DNA of 64,000 nucleotides. Source: Penicillus capitatus. Taxonomy: Eukaryota; Plantae; Chlorophyta. The notes beneath the pieces are model-generated. The model was given only the letters and a program-made list of their open reading frames with translations. It did no database searches and had not been told where the DNA came from. Shown here in pieces: positions 1 through 13,013 of this stretch; position 1 is the stretch's first letter; each line of letters starts with the position of its first letter. The stretch is from the NCBI GenBank assembly GCA_965649825.1, contig OZ287698.1, positions 573,949 through 637,948 of the forward strand, written 5' to 3'. A program made the translations under genes and the position numbers.

Positions 1-1200
1 TCCTCGAAACGTTGTATGCGTTTTAATCAGTCTTGGCCCCCTTTCCGTTGGAATCAGTATCTGGTTTCTGACAACGTCTTTCGTAATATCCCAGATTAAC
101 ACTCTTCTTCGGTTTCCATTAACATCCGTTTCTGCTATGAGTACTTCGATGCTTTCATCTGACTCGGAGAGGCGTTCTAACACTTGCGCTTCATAGCGGA
201 ACTTTCCAGGAGGAAAGGTTTTGCTTCTTAACGGTATCAGTTGGTCGCTTTTCTGACAAAGACACAGGTCTTCTGTTCTGTACACGAAGATCGTCGATTG
301 TTTCGTCGACTCTTTGTTTTCTGTTGTTTTCCACAAAAGCAGATACTCGCCCTGCAATCCCCAGACGGCACAAGTGCCATCCAGAGTGATCGAGTGTTGC
401 TGTCCTGACCCGGCATCGAAATCCAATCTTGGCCACACCTAAACACAGTGTTTATATGCGAATTGGTGGCTGCTTTACGTACCGTTGTCTCCGACACGGA
501 GCACACGAGGACACTTTCACCATTCTTGGAAAGCAGTGGGAACCCCTTTCGATACTTTCTGTCGTCATCGAGCTCGATATTGGACGCTATACTCTCTCTC
601 AGGTTCAGCTTAAAGACATCGATGGTATGGATCTCGTATTTTGGATCATGGTACGTATTTTCGAACTGGACGCGCAGCACGATCCGTCCATTACTTGAGA
701 ACTGGTACTTGCATATGTCACTGAGATTCTTTGGCGGAAAAAACTGATGAAATCTGCCACGACGTACCGATGCGAGGCTACAGCATACACCTTCTGTTGC
801 GGATGCGGCATTCAGCTTCCTCTCATCATCGAACCACGTCAGGTTCATGCTTTTGTAGTTCCCTTCAGTGTCGATAGCAATAAGTCTATCATTCTTTTTC
901 TGTTCGAAGCTTAAGCAATCGACGGCGTTTTCGAACGCGTCACTCCTTCCGGCGACAAGCGTGTAGTCTGCAGTTCTCCACAGCCTAATGTCGTGTCATT
1001 GAACACAATCGTGATAAGGATGAGAGACGCACCTTATGCAACCACTATCGTCTCCTGTCGCTAAGCACGTTCCGTCTGCCGAGAATGCACGACAGGTGAA
1101 AACTGTGCCGCCATTCGATGGTTCCAGCACTCGATGGGGAATTCCGTTCAGAGGCCTGTAGTCGACGAGCGAAAAACGTGGCAGGCCTAGAAAAGAAAAC
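1..1200 (-). CDS. WD40-like beta-propeller protein, multi-exon, runs off the left edge
   Basis: Spliced reading ...AFSADGTCLATGDDSGCIR|LWRTADY...AVDCLSF; another frame is open to base 1 and contains RVLIWDITKD. GT-AG intron near 990-1037. The 5' end is uncertain. Confidence 0.5.
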
Positions 1201-1249
1201 ACAGTGACTGTTAGACTGTCTCACGTAACAGTACAGGAGTCGCCGAAAA

Positions 1250-3300
1250 AATCGTCCCGCCGCTACGGAGCCATTTGTACGAAACGTTTAGCAGAGAATT
1301 GGCAAAGAGGATGGACGAGCTGGACGTCGAAGCAAGAACGGAACGGAGAACCTTCAACTTAAGACGTCAGACTGATTAACTTACGTTTGAGTGAAGTCGC
1401 TGTCGTGGACTCGTTTCGGATTTTGCGAGTCCGTGAGGATTCCTCCGCATGCCTGCAGTCCTCCAGCAGAGGTTGACGTGGTTCGTGTTCGCTTCCCATT
1501 CTCCGCCCCGTGAAAGTTCGCATTTGCTGTCGAATTCGGCGGCACTGAAGGCCGATAACGTTCGTGCGAAGTTCGCAACGAACGTAGGCAAGAAAGAAAT
1601 CTAACGCACTAACTAAACGCAAGACATGGTATCGATTTAATACTAATAAGGACACGTGGCGACTGTGTATTCGAAGGGCAGGCACATTCTTCGACGCAAG
1701 ACAGCAGCTTCCATGCCGTAGACCGCGCACGCTGTCTGCCCCGCAGAAGACAAGCAGCAAAGTCAGGCTCAGCCGCCACGAGTCGGCGATAGTCGTCAGA
1801 CGACCCGTGCATCGTAACTCCACAGAACGATGCCAACTCCATCCTTAACTGTGGCTGTTCGCGACCGTCATGCGTTGTGGCGTCGCTTCTTCTATCCTTC
1901 GTATGGATGTCAGCTGTGTGTAACCTTGCGTACTTTCTCAAAGTAGGTGCAGTGCAAACCCGTCGACATCGGATCAGTCCTCGCTTCATCTCATAAAAGA
2001 ACTTATGTCGAATGGTCTGCACTCTCTCTCTCTGGAGTGACGGATTCGGCAACACCAGTTACTCTGTGCAAGACGAATCGCCTGTATAGCACCAGATGAG
2101 TTCCGAGCTAAGAGCGAGAACGCTCTGAAACGTACCACATGACGAGAAAGGATCGAGATCTGGACTGCATTCTTTAAGTGTGCTTGCTGTATGCAACATC
2201 TTTCGAGAGGATTCTGATGTACGGCAGATTCACTTCTCGGAGAGGAATTGCAAGAACAAGCGCAAATCGCAAGATCACTTGGTAACTCACTTCTCTCTCT
2301 TCTTACTTCTCCATAAGTAGCCAGTGAATGAAAAGACACAGACCTATTTCGAATCGTCATGTCTGCGTTTCGTTCATTGAACAGCTGCATTTAAGGCTCT
2401 CGGTTCTGCTTGACGACAATTCAGTCGTCTGGAGCGGTGTTGTTCGATACTAGATCTCATCGATTCGAGATCGACAACTCGTTGTCCGAGAAACGAGAAT
2501 AATCTTTGGCCGAAAGGAACAATCGAGCCTAACTGTGCGCTTACCACAATGTCGTTCTGAAGATTTCTCACAAGAACTTTGCGCTTTGCCACTCTTCTAT
2601 TCCGACGTAGATGTTACAGACACGCGTTCCCAGTTGGTCTCTCTGTGGCGTTTCTCCGTCACAACGCCCACGTGAGGCGATATGGAAAGTACCGAGAAGC
2701 GACATATAGGTATCGCTAAGGAGAAGGTCCACGGATGCCGACGGCGCAACATCTCGCAAGACACACACCTACCCTTGATCTTTGATCGAATCACGACACT
2801 ACCGACAGAATCACGCAAGTCACTATCGAACAAGGCCGTATCCGACCACCTAGAACGCCTTCTCGATACCGAGAAGACCACGATGCCGTCTTGAAACGTC
2901 TTAGAAGCCGAGGAGACATCTCAGAACTGTTTGGTTTGCATCGCTTCAGAAACGAGTTCTCTCGCTGCCGACAAAATGAAATATCTCTAGGGCTGATTGT
3001 CAAGCCTTGAAAAACAAGAACGAGATTGCAAAGAACGACTGGCTCATCTGATATCATGTTTACCAAAAGTCTGTTATGATCTCTCAGCTGGAAACTCTAA
3101 AAACAGTTTGGAAAGGTGAACGCGATTGTGTGGTTTGAAGAATGTGTCGGTGAAGATTTTAAGCTCGTAGTTTATCAAAGAACTGAATTTCGATGATAAA
3201 TGACGCGTGACTGAAGTTACAGTGATGACCTGCTCTTCTCGAGTTTCTAAGCGGTTTCTCTCTTCCGTAAAGACGATCCTTTTCAACATCGCCTCTTCTT
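1250..3300 (-). pseudogene. Possible decayed multi-exon gene of unknown family
   Basis: Chain of protein-like minus-strand ORF fragments with intron-like GT..AG segments, interrupted by stops and frameshifts (e.g. QSAKFL*EIFRTTLW then gtaagc). No family motif recognised. Confidence 0.2.
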
Positions 3301-3468
3301 TTAATTGTCGATCGCCGAATACACGGCGCCACTTTCCGACTTAAAACTGTTGATGGCAACATGGCGATACCGTCCGACACCGACCAGATCCGTCCTTTGC
3401 AACAAAGGCAGGCATGCGTCCAAAAACCGAATGAAGAATCAAAGCGTTCGCCGAATGGACGAAGAGTT

Positions 3469-4805
3469 CTATGATCTCTCGGTATTCTGTAGCAAATCCT
3501 GCTCGATACTGGTACTCCTGGCTTGTCGCTGATTCTGCGTCTGCACGAGTAGAACGGACAGTAGGATCGTCGCTGCACCAATAACAGAGATCCAGGATAT
3601 CTTCTCAGACAGTGCCAAAACACCGATGGCCGCAGCAAGCAACGTGTTTGTCATGTAAAGGGCTGTCACCTTCGATGGCGGCCCGATCTGGAACGCCCTT
3701 GACATAATGCTCATCACGACGGTGCCCGAAACGATCGTCATCAGGAAGGGGAATATGTATAGCCAGCTCACGGACAGACCCACGGCCTTGGGATAGCTTA
3801 AGATCATGCAGGGAACACTGAAAAGCACGATGAACACATTCAGACTGATCGTCAGGACAAAGCTGCTCACACTACTCCCCAGCCATCTGCAAAGGTCATC
3901 ACAGGTCTGATATCTCCCATCCTTGAAGAAAGGTTACCTTAGAACGATAAATGTGGAGCTGATAAGGACAGTCCCACTCAGCGCAAACACGATGCCAATG
4001 ATTCGATCACGTTCCCACTCTTCTTGTTCGCCAAAGAGGAAAGGAGGATGTGCAATCAATGCATTGCCCGTTAGACAACCGATCGCACCACACCATGCAA
4101 GGATCCCCAAGCGTTCCATGCCAAACAGAGAAGACAGCACAGCTGTAACAACTGACAGACACGCATCAGTGGAGTAAGGGAACAGAAGACCGAGCCACGC
4201 ACCTGGGTAGCTGTTGAAGATGAAGGCAGATTCTCCCAGAGGGAGCATAGAGGTTGCCAGTGATTGTGAAATGAAGGCAGCTGAGCCAAGAATGCCCCTC
4301 ATCAAAATGAGGGGAAGCTTGGAGCGATCGGTCTTCAATGGAGTGTTGGACCAATGACACATGGCGAGGAGAATAAAGATGCAGATGAAGGATCGCGCCG
4401 CAACGACTTGCGTTACCGATATCTTATCGGACAGAATCTTGATGCTTGTAATGTTCAACGCGACACCCACCGCTGCTGTGAGAATCAGCAGCACGTAGTT
4501 GTCGACGTAGAATCTAGACTCCGATGTTGACATTGTCATCCACACAGTATGGATGGCACCTTAAGTAGCGTTTGACGCGAACTTCCACTTTTTGGTATAT
4601 GCTTCGGTTTTCTGCAGCTTCGACGTTATTTCCTGCTCAAGTGGAAGTGTCGGTTTGAAGCGTCATGGGTGTGCATATCGATCATTCAGCAGTTCGTACT
4701 TTTGGTTGCCTCTCTTTGAATCAATGGAGGCCGTTCGAGTGTTAGCTCGTGTTCTTCAACTGATCTCTCTCCATCGCAGTGGATGTACTGTGGGTTGAGA
4801 GCCAT
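3469..4805 (-). CDS. EamA/DMT-superfamily transporter (SLC35G-like), paralogue 1
   Basis: Hydrophobic helices, LILMRGILG, LPLGESAFIFNSYP and AHPPFLFG motifs; intron 4152-4202 at the same codon as in paralogues 2 and 3. Exon 1 (ATG 4805) joins out of frame at the most likely acceptor. Confidence 0.85.
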
Positions 4806-5780
4806 TCAATTGCCGTCGAAAAAGCAATTGACGGGATCGACGAATCCATCAACGCCAATTCATCGACAATGCGCCACTTCCCGAAAGCAGACAGTGATTT
4901 CGATGTGACCCAGAGGACGTATCGGTCTGAGCTATTTTGATTCAATAGCTTAGAGACGTCGCTAGGAGCACAAGATATAAACGGTGCGAGCTTGCAGACT
5001 TAGAAGACGATGTTTGAGGCATTGCGTTCTTCCCAAGTAGTGTCGCCTTCGTTTAGAGGCCGAATCGCGCTTTCCCGAAGATGAAGATCTGAGAATGTAA
5101 AGCGGCTGCAGTTCCACGTTCTCGACTAGAAACACAGAAGTTTGTGCTACGGTTAACGCCATCCATCAACTAACTGACCATCAGAAGATCTTACAATGCA
5201 AGAAACAAGATGCTTGCGCATTGTTACAGATGGGCGTGTTCGGAAGGTCAGTCTACGTACAAGAACAAGCATCGCGATAGCTGTAACAACAAGACCTGTT
5301 CCAGCAAACCAAGAATGCTGATGTGTAAGGGGAACAATCTCGTACTAGTGGCCTTGATGCTCTAAGCAATCAATATTTGACCTCGATCGCTCTTTCTCTG
5401 GCAAGGTAGAAGTGAAAGATAGCCGTCGGCTGAAAGAGTCTCATTCAAACACACTTAATTAACAGGCGGTGAACGAATAATCGGCAGATCTCGTAAATGC
5501 GCTATTCAGTGATTCACGAACTCCGACCACTCATCGGGTCCATCGTAGAAGATTATGTGTCGCGTAAGGCATGGGCATTAGTTCTCTCTTATCTGCGCGA
5601 CGAGCGATGCGCTTTCGCTCAGAATCTTTATAAGCATGGTGGACTTGCTCTTTCCTTTGGATCTATCATTCATTATGTTTCTTCTGGAATTATGGTTTGT
5701 TAACAGTCATTGCGCTGACATGCACCATGCAACAGCAGTGTATAAGTTTCTTATCATTTCGATTCGTTGTCCGTTACGCA

Positions 5781-6027
5781 TTACCAAAAAACTAGCTATA
5801 CTACCGGACCGCAGTCGCGCAATCGACGATCATCGGCGAAAGATGACACATCAAGCGTCATCTGCGTTTCCAAAAAGAGACCTGGACTGGACCCCCGGAC
5901 GATCATCGACGATCATCGGCAAATGATGACTCATCAAGCATCATCTGCGTTTCCAAAAAACGATAGGTCCAGGACCCGGTCGATCATCGACGAATGATGA
6001 CACATCAAAAGTCATCTTCGTTTTCAC
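5781..6027. repeat. Degenerate tandem repeat, ~81-83 bp unit, about 3 copies plus a partial
   Basis: Units start with atcgacg at 5822, 5905 and 5986 and share gatgacacatcaagcgtcatctgcgtttccaaaaa; a partial unit lies at 5781-5821. Confidence 0.85.
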
Positions 6028-7303
6028 AAGTCTGAGCTCATCAGTTCTGTCGCAGTCTTATCTCGCGGCAGACAACTGTCGAGACAATCTAACTCGACTA
6101 TATTGCGAATGCGGGATGCAGGCGTGCGAGTGTAATCATTCGAAAGTGTCTCTTATAGCTGTTGCGCGCGATATCATCTGGAACAACTCTCTCCCCCATC
6201 ACACTGGCCCGTGACTCTTTTCCTGTTCCAACTCAGATCGATCCGTTCGACAATTCGAAAACGATTCGACCATAGTATCGTGGTATGCGAACCTTACTGA
6301 AAAACGACTGTTCCTCAGAAACAGAAGATCGTCCTCAAGAAAAAAAGTACAGTCAAGAAAACTATCATAAAAACGAAAAATGACAGAAAACGATAAAGAA
6401 CGGCAGCATGCAATCGGCGAATCGGCTGATCAAAGATCTAAACAACATAGTCGTTCTCCAATGTAGATGACGCGGTCGTCTCATTCGCTGTTACGCCTTC
6501 CTCGACGACAAGCAACACGCAAATGGAAATCGCTTCCGCTGCAACCACCTACATCCACGATATCTTCTATTTGTCACCGAAAAGCTACACCGGGCAGCAT
6601 TGATCTATTAGCGACGGGAGATGCTGTGCAGTCAGTTAGATGATGATCACTAAAGAGCCGAAGGTAAATTATCGACGCCAGCGAAACTAAAATGGCGATC
6701 AACACCACGCACGTTTCTTCGAAGTAAAACGTCAAGATCGGAGAACGCCGTCGTTTGCGTTTCTTCACCAAGGTACCAGCGAGGTGGTAAGTGTATAGCG
6801 ATGTAGGAAGAATGACGAAGGGGTAATGCGTGCACGCACGGGCGACGTCCGCTATCCGTAACACCAGTCGATTCATATCCATTGACAGTCGTCCATTACT
6901 AATTCGCCCTGAACAATAAGAATAGACAATCCATAGTCTTAGAGTTCGTCCGCCCACACCAGTCCGTATTCCAGAAGCATACGCCGCTCGAGGCGACTGA
7001 ACAACCAAATCATCTCCGCAGCAACTTTAGTAATGATACCGAATAAAGCGTCACATTCACAAATCGACTGCCATTGATTAAGATGGCATGCATTGCCAAT
7101 CGAAAACGAGACAGTTCGTGAAAAAAGTGTATACTGACGGCAAAGCGTCATGATCTCACTATTCTTCATGGCTGTTATCCCGATAAGCAACTACAATTCA
7201 TTCCTTGGACTGCTCATGTCAGCCGCATATGCAGAAACTCTTAGTCGTTGTCAAAAATCGAAATCGGAAAAAATAACTTCCGTCGTCCAGGGTGAGTTGG
7301 GCG

Positions 7304-8639
7304 CTATGTCGTCAACGCGATGATCTCGCTTTTGTGCGCAGATCGGGTCAATTGTTGAAATTCATCCTCTGGTGAATTTCGTGTAACAACAAGCAACACC
7401 GAAACCATAATGATAGCATCACCGATCAAAGATATCCATGTCATTGCCTCAGAAAGAACAATGACGCCGAGAGCACACGATATCAGCATGTTCGTCATAA
7501 AGGCTTCCGTCGATTTGACGGCGGATCCGCCCTGGAAGGCTCGAGACAGCATGCAGTGAATAAGCACAACCGAGATGGTGATGCATATCAAGAGCACATT
7601 ACTTTGCCATGACGTCACAAGGATTACTTCCTTTGGATAGCCTATGGCAATGAACGGGATGCAAAAAATCGCAACGATTGCATGGACGATGACCCCCAAT
7701 GCTGTTGCATTCACACGTGTCCCCAGATACCTAAGAACAGATGCATGACGGATATGGCCGTCCGATTAGATAGAGGAGCTACCGCAAGATGATGAAAGTG
7801 AGACCGAATGAGATGTTGGCACTTGCCGCACATGCAATGCCGCCGATCCTCGACATCCCCCAGTATCCAGATGGGCCCAAGAAAAATGGAGGACGGGCTA
7901 AAAGGGCATTACCGCTGAGACAGCCAATGGTACCGATCCAAGATACCAGTCCAAGTTGCTCCATGCCGAACAGCCAAGACAGCACAGCTGTTACAACTAC
8001 AGGAGAGCGACGTGCAGTGCGTCAGAGGCGACGATTGGCATCTGACCTGGGAAGCTGTTGGACATGAAGGCGTATTCAGAGAGAGGAAGCAGAGACGCTG
8101 CCACTGCCGAAGTGAGAAGGGCAGTAGCAGCAAAGATCCCTCCGAGCAGCACAAGTGAAGCATTCGATCGAAATTCTTCAAAGGAAACACCCGTGTGATG
8201 ACACACGATCCAGAGAATGATAGCGGACAGGGATGAAGAGATGAAAATGATTTGAAAAATAGACACATCCTCGCTCAGGACTTTGATAATGAGAGCAACC
8301 GTTGAGAGCAGGATGGCCGCTGTCAAGGCTTGAGGTATGTAGGAGTTGAGGTATACACTACAGCACCATGCTGCTGTCAAGGTAGACCACAATAGAAAGG
8401 GTCCTACCTTGTGCTATCGACTGTCTCGTTGAGTAGGCGTCGTAAATTGGAAGCACGTGGGACATCCTTCGTGCATCCGTGGCCTTGGGAGGAGGATTCC
8501 TTCAGATGCGTCGTGTAAGTGTCTGTGGTTTACTTGGAGGAGCTTCGAGATCGGACTCCAGAGTGATGGTAGTGTTCTCTGATGCACGTGTCACATTTGT
8601 GGCGACATCCGTGACGGTCTCGCGTATGTCCTCCATCAT
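7304..8639 (-). CDS. EamA/DMT transporter, paralogue 2 (most divergent)
   Basis: LLPLSEYAFMSNSFP|VVTA, LLARPPFFLG and SRAFQGG align with paralogues 1 and 3; same intron position after NSFP. N-terminal exon structure is uncertain. Confidence 0.8.
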
Positions 8640-9713
8640 GTTATCCACTCGACTACCAAACGAACGTCCTTGTTTTGGAAACGCGTACAAATATACTCTC
8701 TGGTCAGCCACGTCGGGAACGTCGCTAAACTGCGACTGTCTAATTTTGGAAGGCAGCGTGCGGAACGTACGTACGGCTTAAGTAAGAAGTGACGGATGCG
8801 ACAGTCAGCGCCAGTGACCGTCGGCGTCTGGACGGTGGCGCGCTACCTTTGTCCGCGTCGACGACGGGTTACACTTAAATCGACGGTTGACGCAGATACT
8901 GTCATTCACCGTTCGACTGCAAAAGACATCGTCTCCAACATGGAGATCCCTTTGCGCTTGATTCACAGTCTCGATCTCCATCCGTTCCCTACAGGGTATG
9001 CATTCAACTTCTTTTCTTCTATCTTCCGAATGTGGCCTATAAATCTTTTGGCTGGGTCAGATTAGCAGGCTGTCGTGCAAGAATCCGTTCTGGTAGTCAT
9101 CCAGACGCAGAAGGCATGACATGAACCGCACTGCGTCTTCCGCTTTGTTGTGTAACATTTAGGCTTCACTTACTCACAAGTGCAATCCTCTAAAGTCTCA
9201 GATTGCACTCGCGGCGTATCCATGCTCGATTGCTTCATCGATCCGTGAAATTCCTGCACGACAGATATAGTAAATCTCTCCGTACACGCAGCCAATGGCA
9301 TATGATACACGCAGTCAACTGACAGAAGACGAAAACAAGAGGAAGACGTTCTTTCGGCGTATCGATTGTGAACATCTGCATCTTGACGTCCGATCAGGTG
9401 AACGGGATGAAGCGGCTAAGAAACATAGTGAATCTCTTATTCGATTTGCCACTTCTGTATCGATACTCTTGCAGAAGGAATGGACCGTGCATACACATGC
9501 CTTCTCCCTTCTCAACTCACCGCATTTCATTACAAGACAGATTCCGTTGAACATACCGAAGGACATCCTTTGATCATCCCATGATAAGGTTAAGTTTTTT
9601 TCTCGATTCTGGAACTGTAAGACTTGTAAGAAAAGTGATGGAAAAAATTGTGTCAAACTGCAAGGAAAGATGGATTGCATCGACTGGCAATCAAAGAATG
9701 TATCCCAGAAAAC

Positions 9714-11083
9714 TCAAGCTCTCTGTTGAACGGACATTTCGATTGTCTCTTCAGGTTCTGCAGTATCAACTGCCTGATACGGTTTGTCCTCACGCTTTGC
9801 AGAGCGGGGCGTCTGGACGAGTAGAACGGACAGCAGAATGGTCGCTGCACCGATCACGGAAGTCCAAGACATCTTCTCGGACAGCGCCAAGACACCGATG
9901 GCGGCGGCTAGCAACGTGTTTAGTATACAAATGGCTGTTACCTTCGTAGGCGGCCCAATTTGGAAAGCTCGTGCCATGGCACACTGCACGGCGGTGCCCG
10001 AGATGATGGTCATGAGAAAAGGGAATATGTACAGCCAGCTGACGGAAAGACTTACGGCCTTCGGATAGCCCACAGACATGCATGGCACACTGACAAGCAC
10101 CACGCACGCATTCACGCTGATCGTCAGCACAATACTGCTCACGCTCTTCCCCACACGTCTGTGGCATAAACTCTCTTAGTCGATCATCTCATGTTGCGAA
10201 TGGACGGACTTCAAAACGATAAACATGAAGCTGATCGTAACTGTTCCGCTGAGCGCGAACAGAATACCCATGATCCGTTCCTTTCCCCATTCCTCATGTC
10301 CGCCAAACAGGAAGGGCGGGTGTGCGATCAGTAAGTTGCCCGTTAGACAACCAAGCACACCACACCATGCAAAGATGCTGAGGCATTCCATACCAAACAG
10401 AGAAGAGAGTAACGCTGTAAAAACTAACAGACAGGCACCATTAGACTTAGTGGACAGAAGACCTGGCATCTTACTTGGGTAGCTGTTAAAGATGAAAGCA
10501 GATTCTCCAAGGGGCAGCATGGATGTTGCCAGCGATTGCAGAAGGAAAGAGGCAGATCCAAGAATGCCTCTCAGAAGAACGAGGGGGATCTTGGAGCGAT
10601 CGGTGATAAATGGAGTGTTGGACCACTGGCAGATGGCCAGAAGAATGAAAAAGCAGATGAAGGCCCTTCCTCCAGTAACTTGCGTTACCGATACTTTGGC
10701 AGACAGTATCTTAATGCTCGTAATGTTTAACGCCACGCCCACTGCTACCGTCAGAGCCAGCAGCACGTAATTGTCGATGTAGAACCTAAAACAGTGATCA
10801 ATCTGATCTGACAGATCTCACACAAGAAGGCTTGCCTGATGAACTGCTTAGCCAAGTCCTTCACCTTTTCGCCCACTGTGCTGTTCTTTGTGACAGCGAC
10901 GTTGTCGTCTTCTGTTAATGGACGCATCGATCAGACGCGTTACACACGGCGAAGCATCACACTTGTCGGCGTCGCGCTTCCTGTCTGTCCTTCTTCTACC
11001 AGTCGCATTTTCTCGCACGCCTCGTCCTGCTCTTCAGCAGCGTCCATTTCGTTGACGTCATCATGCTGCTGAGTAGGCGCCAT
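9714..11083 (-). CDS. EamA/DMT transporter, paralogue 3
   Basis: Five exons join in frame: MAPTQQ...PT|KDDNV...QFIR|FYIDNYV...NSYP|IFTA...IVL; near-identical motifs to paralogue 1. Confidence 0.9.
10786..10835 (-). other. GC-AG intron (50 nt)
   Basis: AG|gcaagc...ttttag|G restores QFIR-FYIDNY; the homologous intron in paralogue 1 is GT-AG. Confidence 0.8.
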
Positions 11084-11170
11084 GCTTCCAGATGTTGTTA
11101 ATGTCAACCCTTGACAGAACGTCACGTCACTTCTTTCTCGTCGCGTATCGGCGTGGGCATCGGTGTCAAC

Positions 11171-12896
11171 ATGAAGTACATCTTTGTCACTGGCGGTGTC
11201 GTTAGTGGTCTTGGAAAAGGCGTCACCGCAAGTAGCATTGGCGTTTTGCTCAAGGCATGCGGCTTTCGCGTTACCTCCATCAAAATTGGTACCGTACGCA
11301 CCAAGAAACGCGGCGCCATGGTCAGTACGTCCTCTTCTAGATCCCTATCTGAACACCGATGCCGGAACAATGTCACCGTTTGAACACGGCGAGGTCTTCG
11401 TTCTCGACGATGGCGGCGAAGTCGACCTTGACTTGGGAAACTACGAACGCTTCCTCGATTTGACCCTGACGAAAGAGCACAACATTACGACGGGGAAGAT
11501 CTACAGTTCCGTCATCGAACATGAAAGACGTGGCGATTATCTGGGACAGACGGTCCAAGTGGTGCCCCATGTCGTCGATTGCGTTCAAGACTGGATCGAA
11601 CGCGTGGCCCACATTCCGGTAGATGGCCGACCCGAGATACCAGAGATCTGTGTCGTTGAGCTCGGTGGAACGGTGGGAGATATCGAATCGATGCCCTTCA
11701 TCGAAGCGATCCGCAGTCTGTCCCTCCGTGTGGAGAATAATGATTTCTGTTTGGTACATGTGAGCCTTTTGCCGTGTATTGGTGCCGTGGGGGAGCAAAA
11801 AACGAAACCAACGCAGCACAGTGTGGGTATTTTGAGAGGTTATGGACTGAATCCCAAAATCGTGGCCGTACGCAGTCAGGATCCTGCCAGCGATGCTGTC
11901 AGAGATAAACTGTCTCAGTTTTGCCACGTAAGCCCCAACCAGGTTGTGACAATTCATGATGTGTCAAACATCTGGCAAGTGCCTGTGATCTTGGAGCGAC
12001 AGAATCTACATGTGACCCTCTGTGAGCAGCTCAACTTACCGAACGCAAGGGAAATTGATTTGTACGATTGGAAGCATAACGTTGCCGAGATGTGGGATAC
12101 ACTGGTGGATGATAAGGTCAAAATTGCGCTGATTGGGAAATACACCGGACTGCAGGATGCTTACCTTTCCGTTATCAAAGCCCTTCAGCACGCGTGTTTG
12201 GAAGCAGGAGTGGGATTGGAGCTGATGTGGGTGGACGCATCGCATCTGCAGGATGAGTGGAAAGAGAGAGATGCAGAGAAGCACACAGTGAGTTGGGAAA
12301 CACTTCGATCAGCCAACGGCATTTTGGTTCCGGGTGGTTTCGGCGACCGCGGTATCGAAGGAAAGATCCTGGCGGCAGAGTTTGCACGAACGCACAAGAT
12401 CCCGTACCTTGGCATCTGCTTAGGCATGCAGATTGCCGTTGTCGAGTTTGCGCGTCACGTTGTTGGATGGGAGGATGCGACCAGTATGGAATTCAGCAAA
12501 GCCTCATCGAATCTCGTCGTTGTCTGGATGCCAGAGATCTCGCAGACGCATTTGGGCGGTACGATGCGTCTGGGCAGTCGATGTACGATACTCAACACAA
12601 CGCAGTGCCTCAGCTCACGGCTGTACAATTCTGGCAACCGTATCCACGAACGCCATCGTCACCGTTACGAAGTCAATCCAAAGCGCGTGGAGCAGTTGGA
12701 GGCAGCTGGACTGCGCTTTGTGGGGCGAGATGCATCGGGAGAGCGTATGGAGATTGCGGAGCTACCATCGACGGTGCATCCTTTCTATATTGGCGTCCAG
12801 TTTCATCCTGAATTCAAATCGCGTCCTGGTCGAGCGTCTCCCATCTTTCTCGGTTTCATTCTGGCATCGGCAAAGAAATTGGACAACTTCATTTAA
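11171..12896 (+). CDS. CTPS: CTP synthase
   Basis: [17 protein letters not shown], intron 11289-11340, [21 protein letters not shown], and the glutaminase motifs GICLGMQ and QFHPEF. Confidence 0.98.
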
Positions 12897-13013
12897 AGGA
12901 AAGACATCTTTTTTAATGCGCTCAATGATGATGGTCGATGATGTGACGCCAGGCGCCACGGATGTGCCATTTGTGCTACCTAGAGATTCGACTCCGCAGT
13001 TCCTTTCTGCAGC

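Noticed and set aside
2568-2570. In-frame TGA as selenocysteine
   Set aside because: No redox motif or SECIS seen, and the surrounding frames also have TAA/TAG stops and frameshifts.
4152-4202. Enrichment of 3n stop-free introns
   Set aside because: Several exist (EamA, CK1, KCR1, mTERF), but roughly that many are expected by chance for ~50-nt introns; a genome-wide count is needed.
5497-5703. 68-aa ORF starting at TAAATG as a viral remnant
   Set aside because: No recognisable domain and no other viral hallmark; the motif is expected by chance.
5781-6027. CRISPR-like array or coding repeat
   Set aside because: The whole unit is duplicated with no unique spacers, the context is eukaryotic with no cas genes, and the 83-bp period breaks the reading frame.
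6574-7190. Fourth EamA copy
   Set aside because: Only hydrophobicity and a CVVL match; no diagnostic EamA motif aligns.
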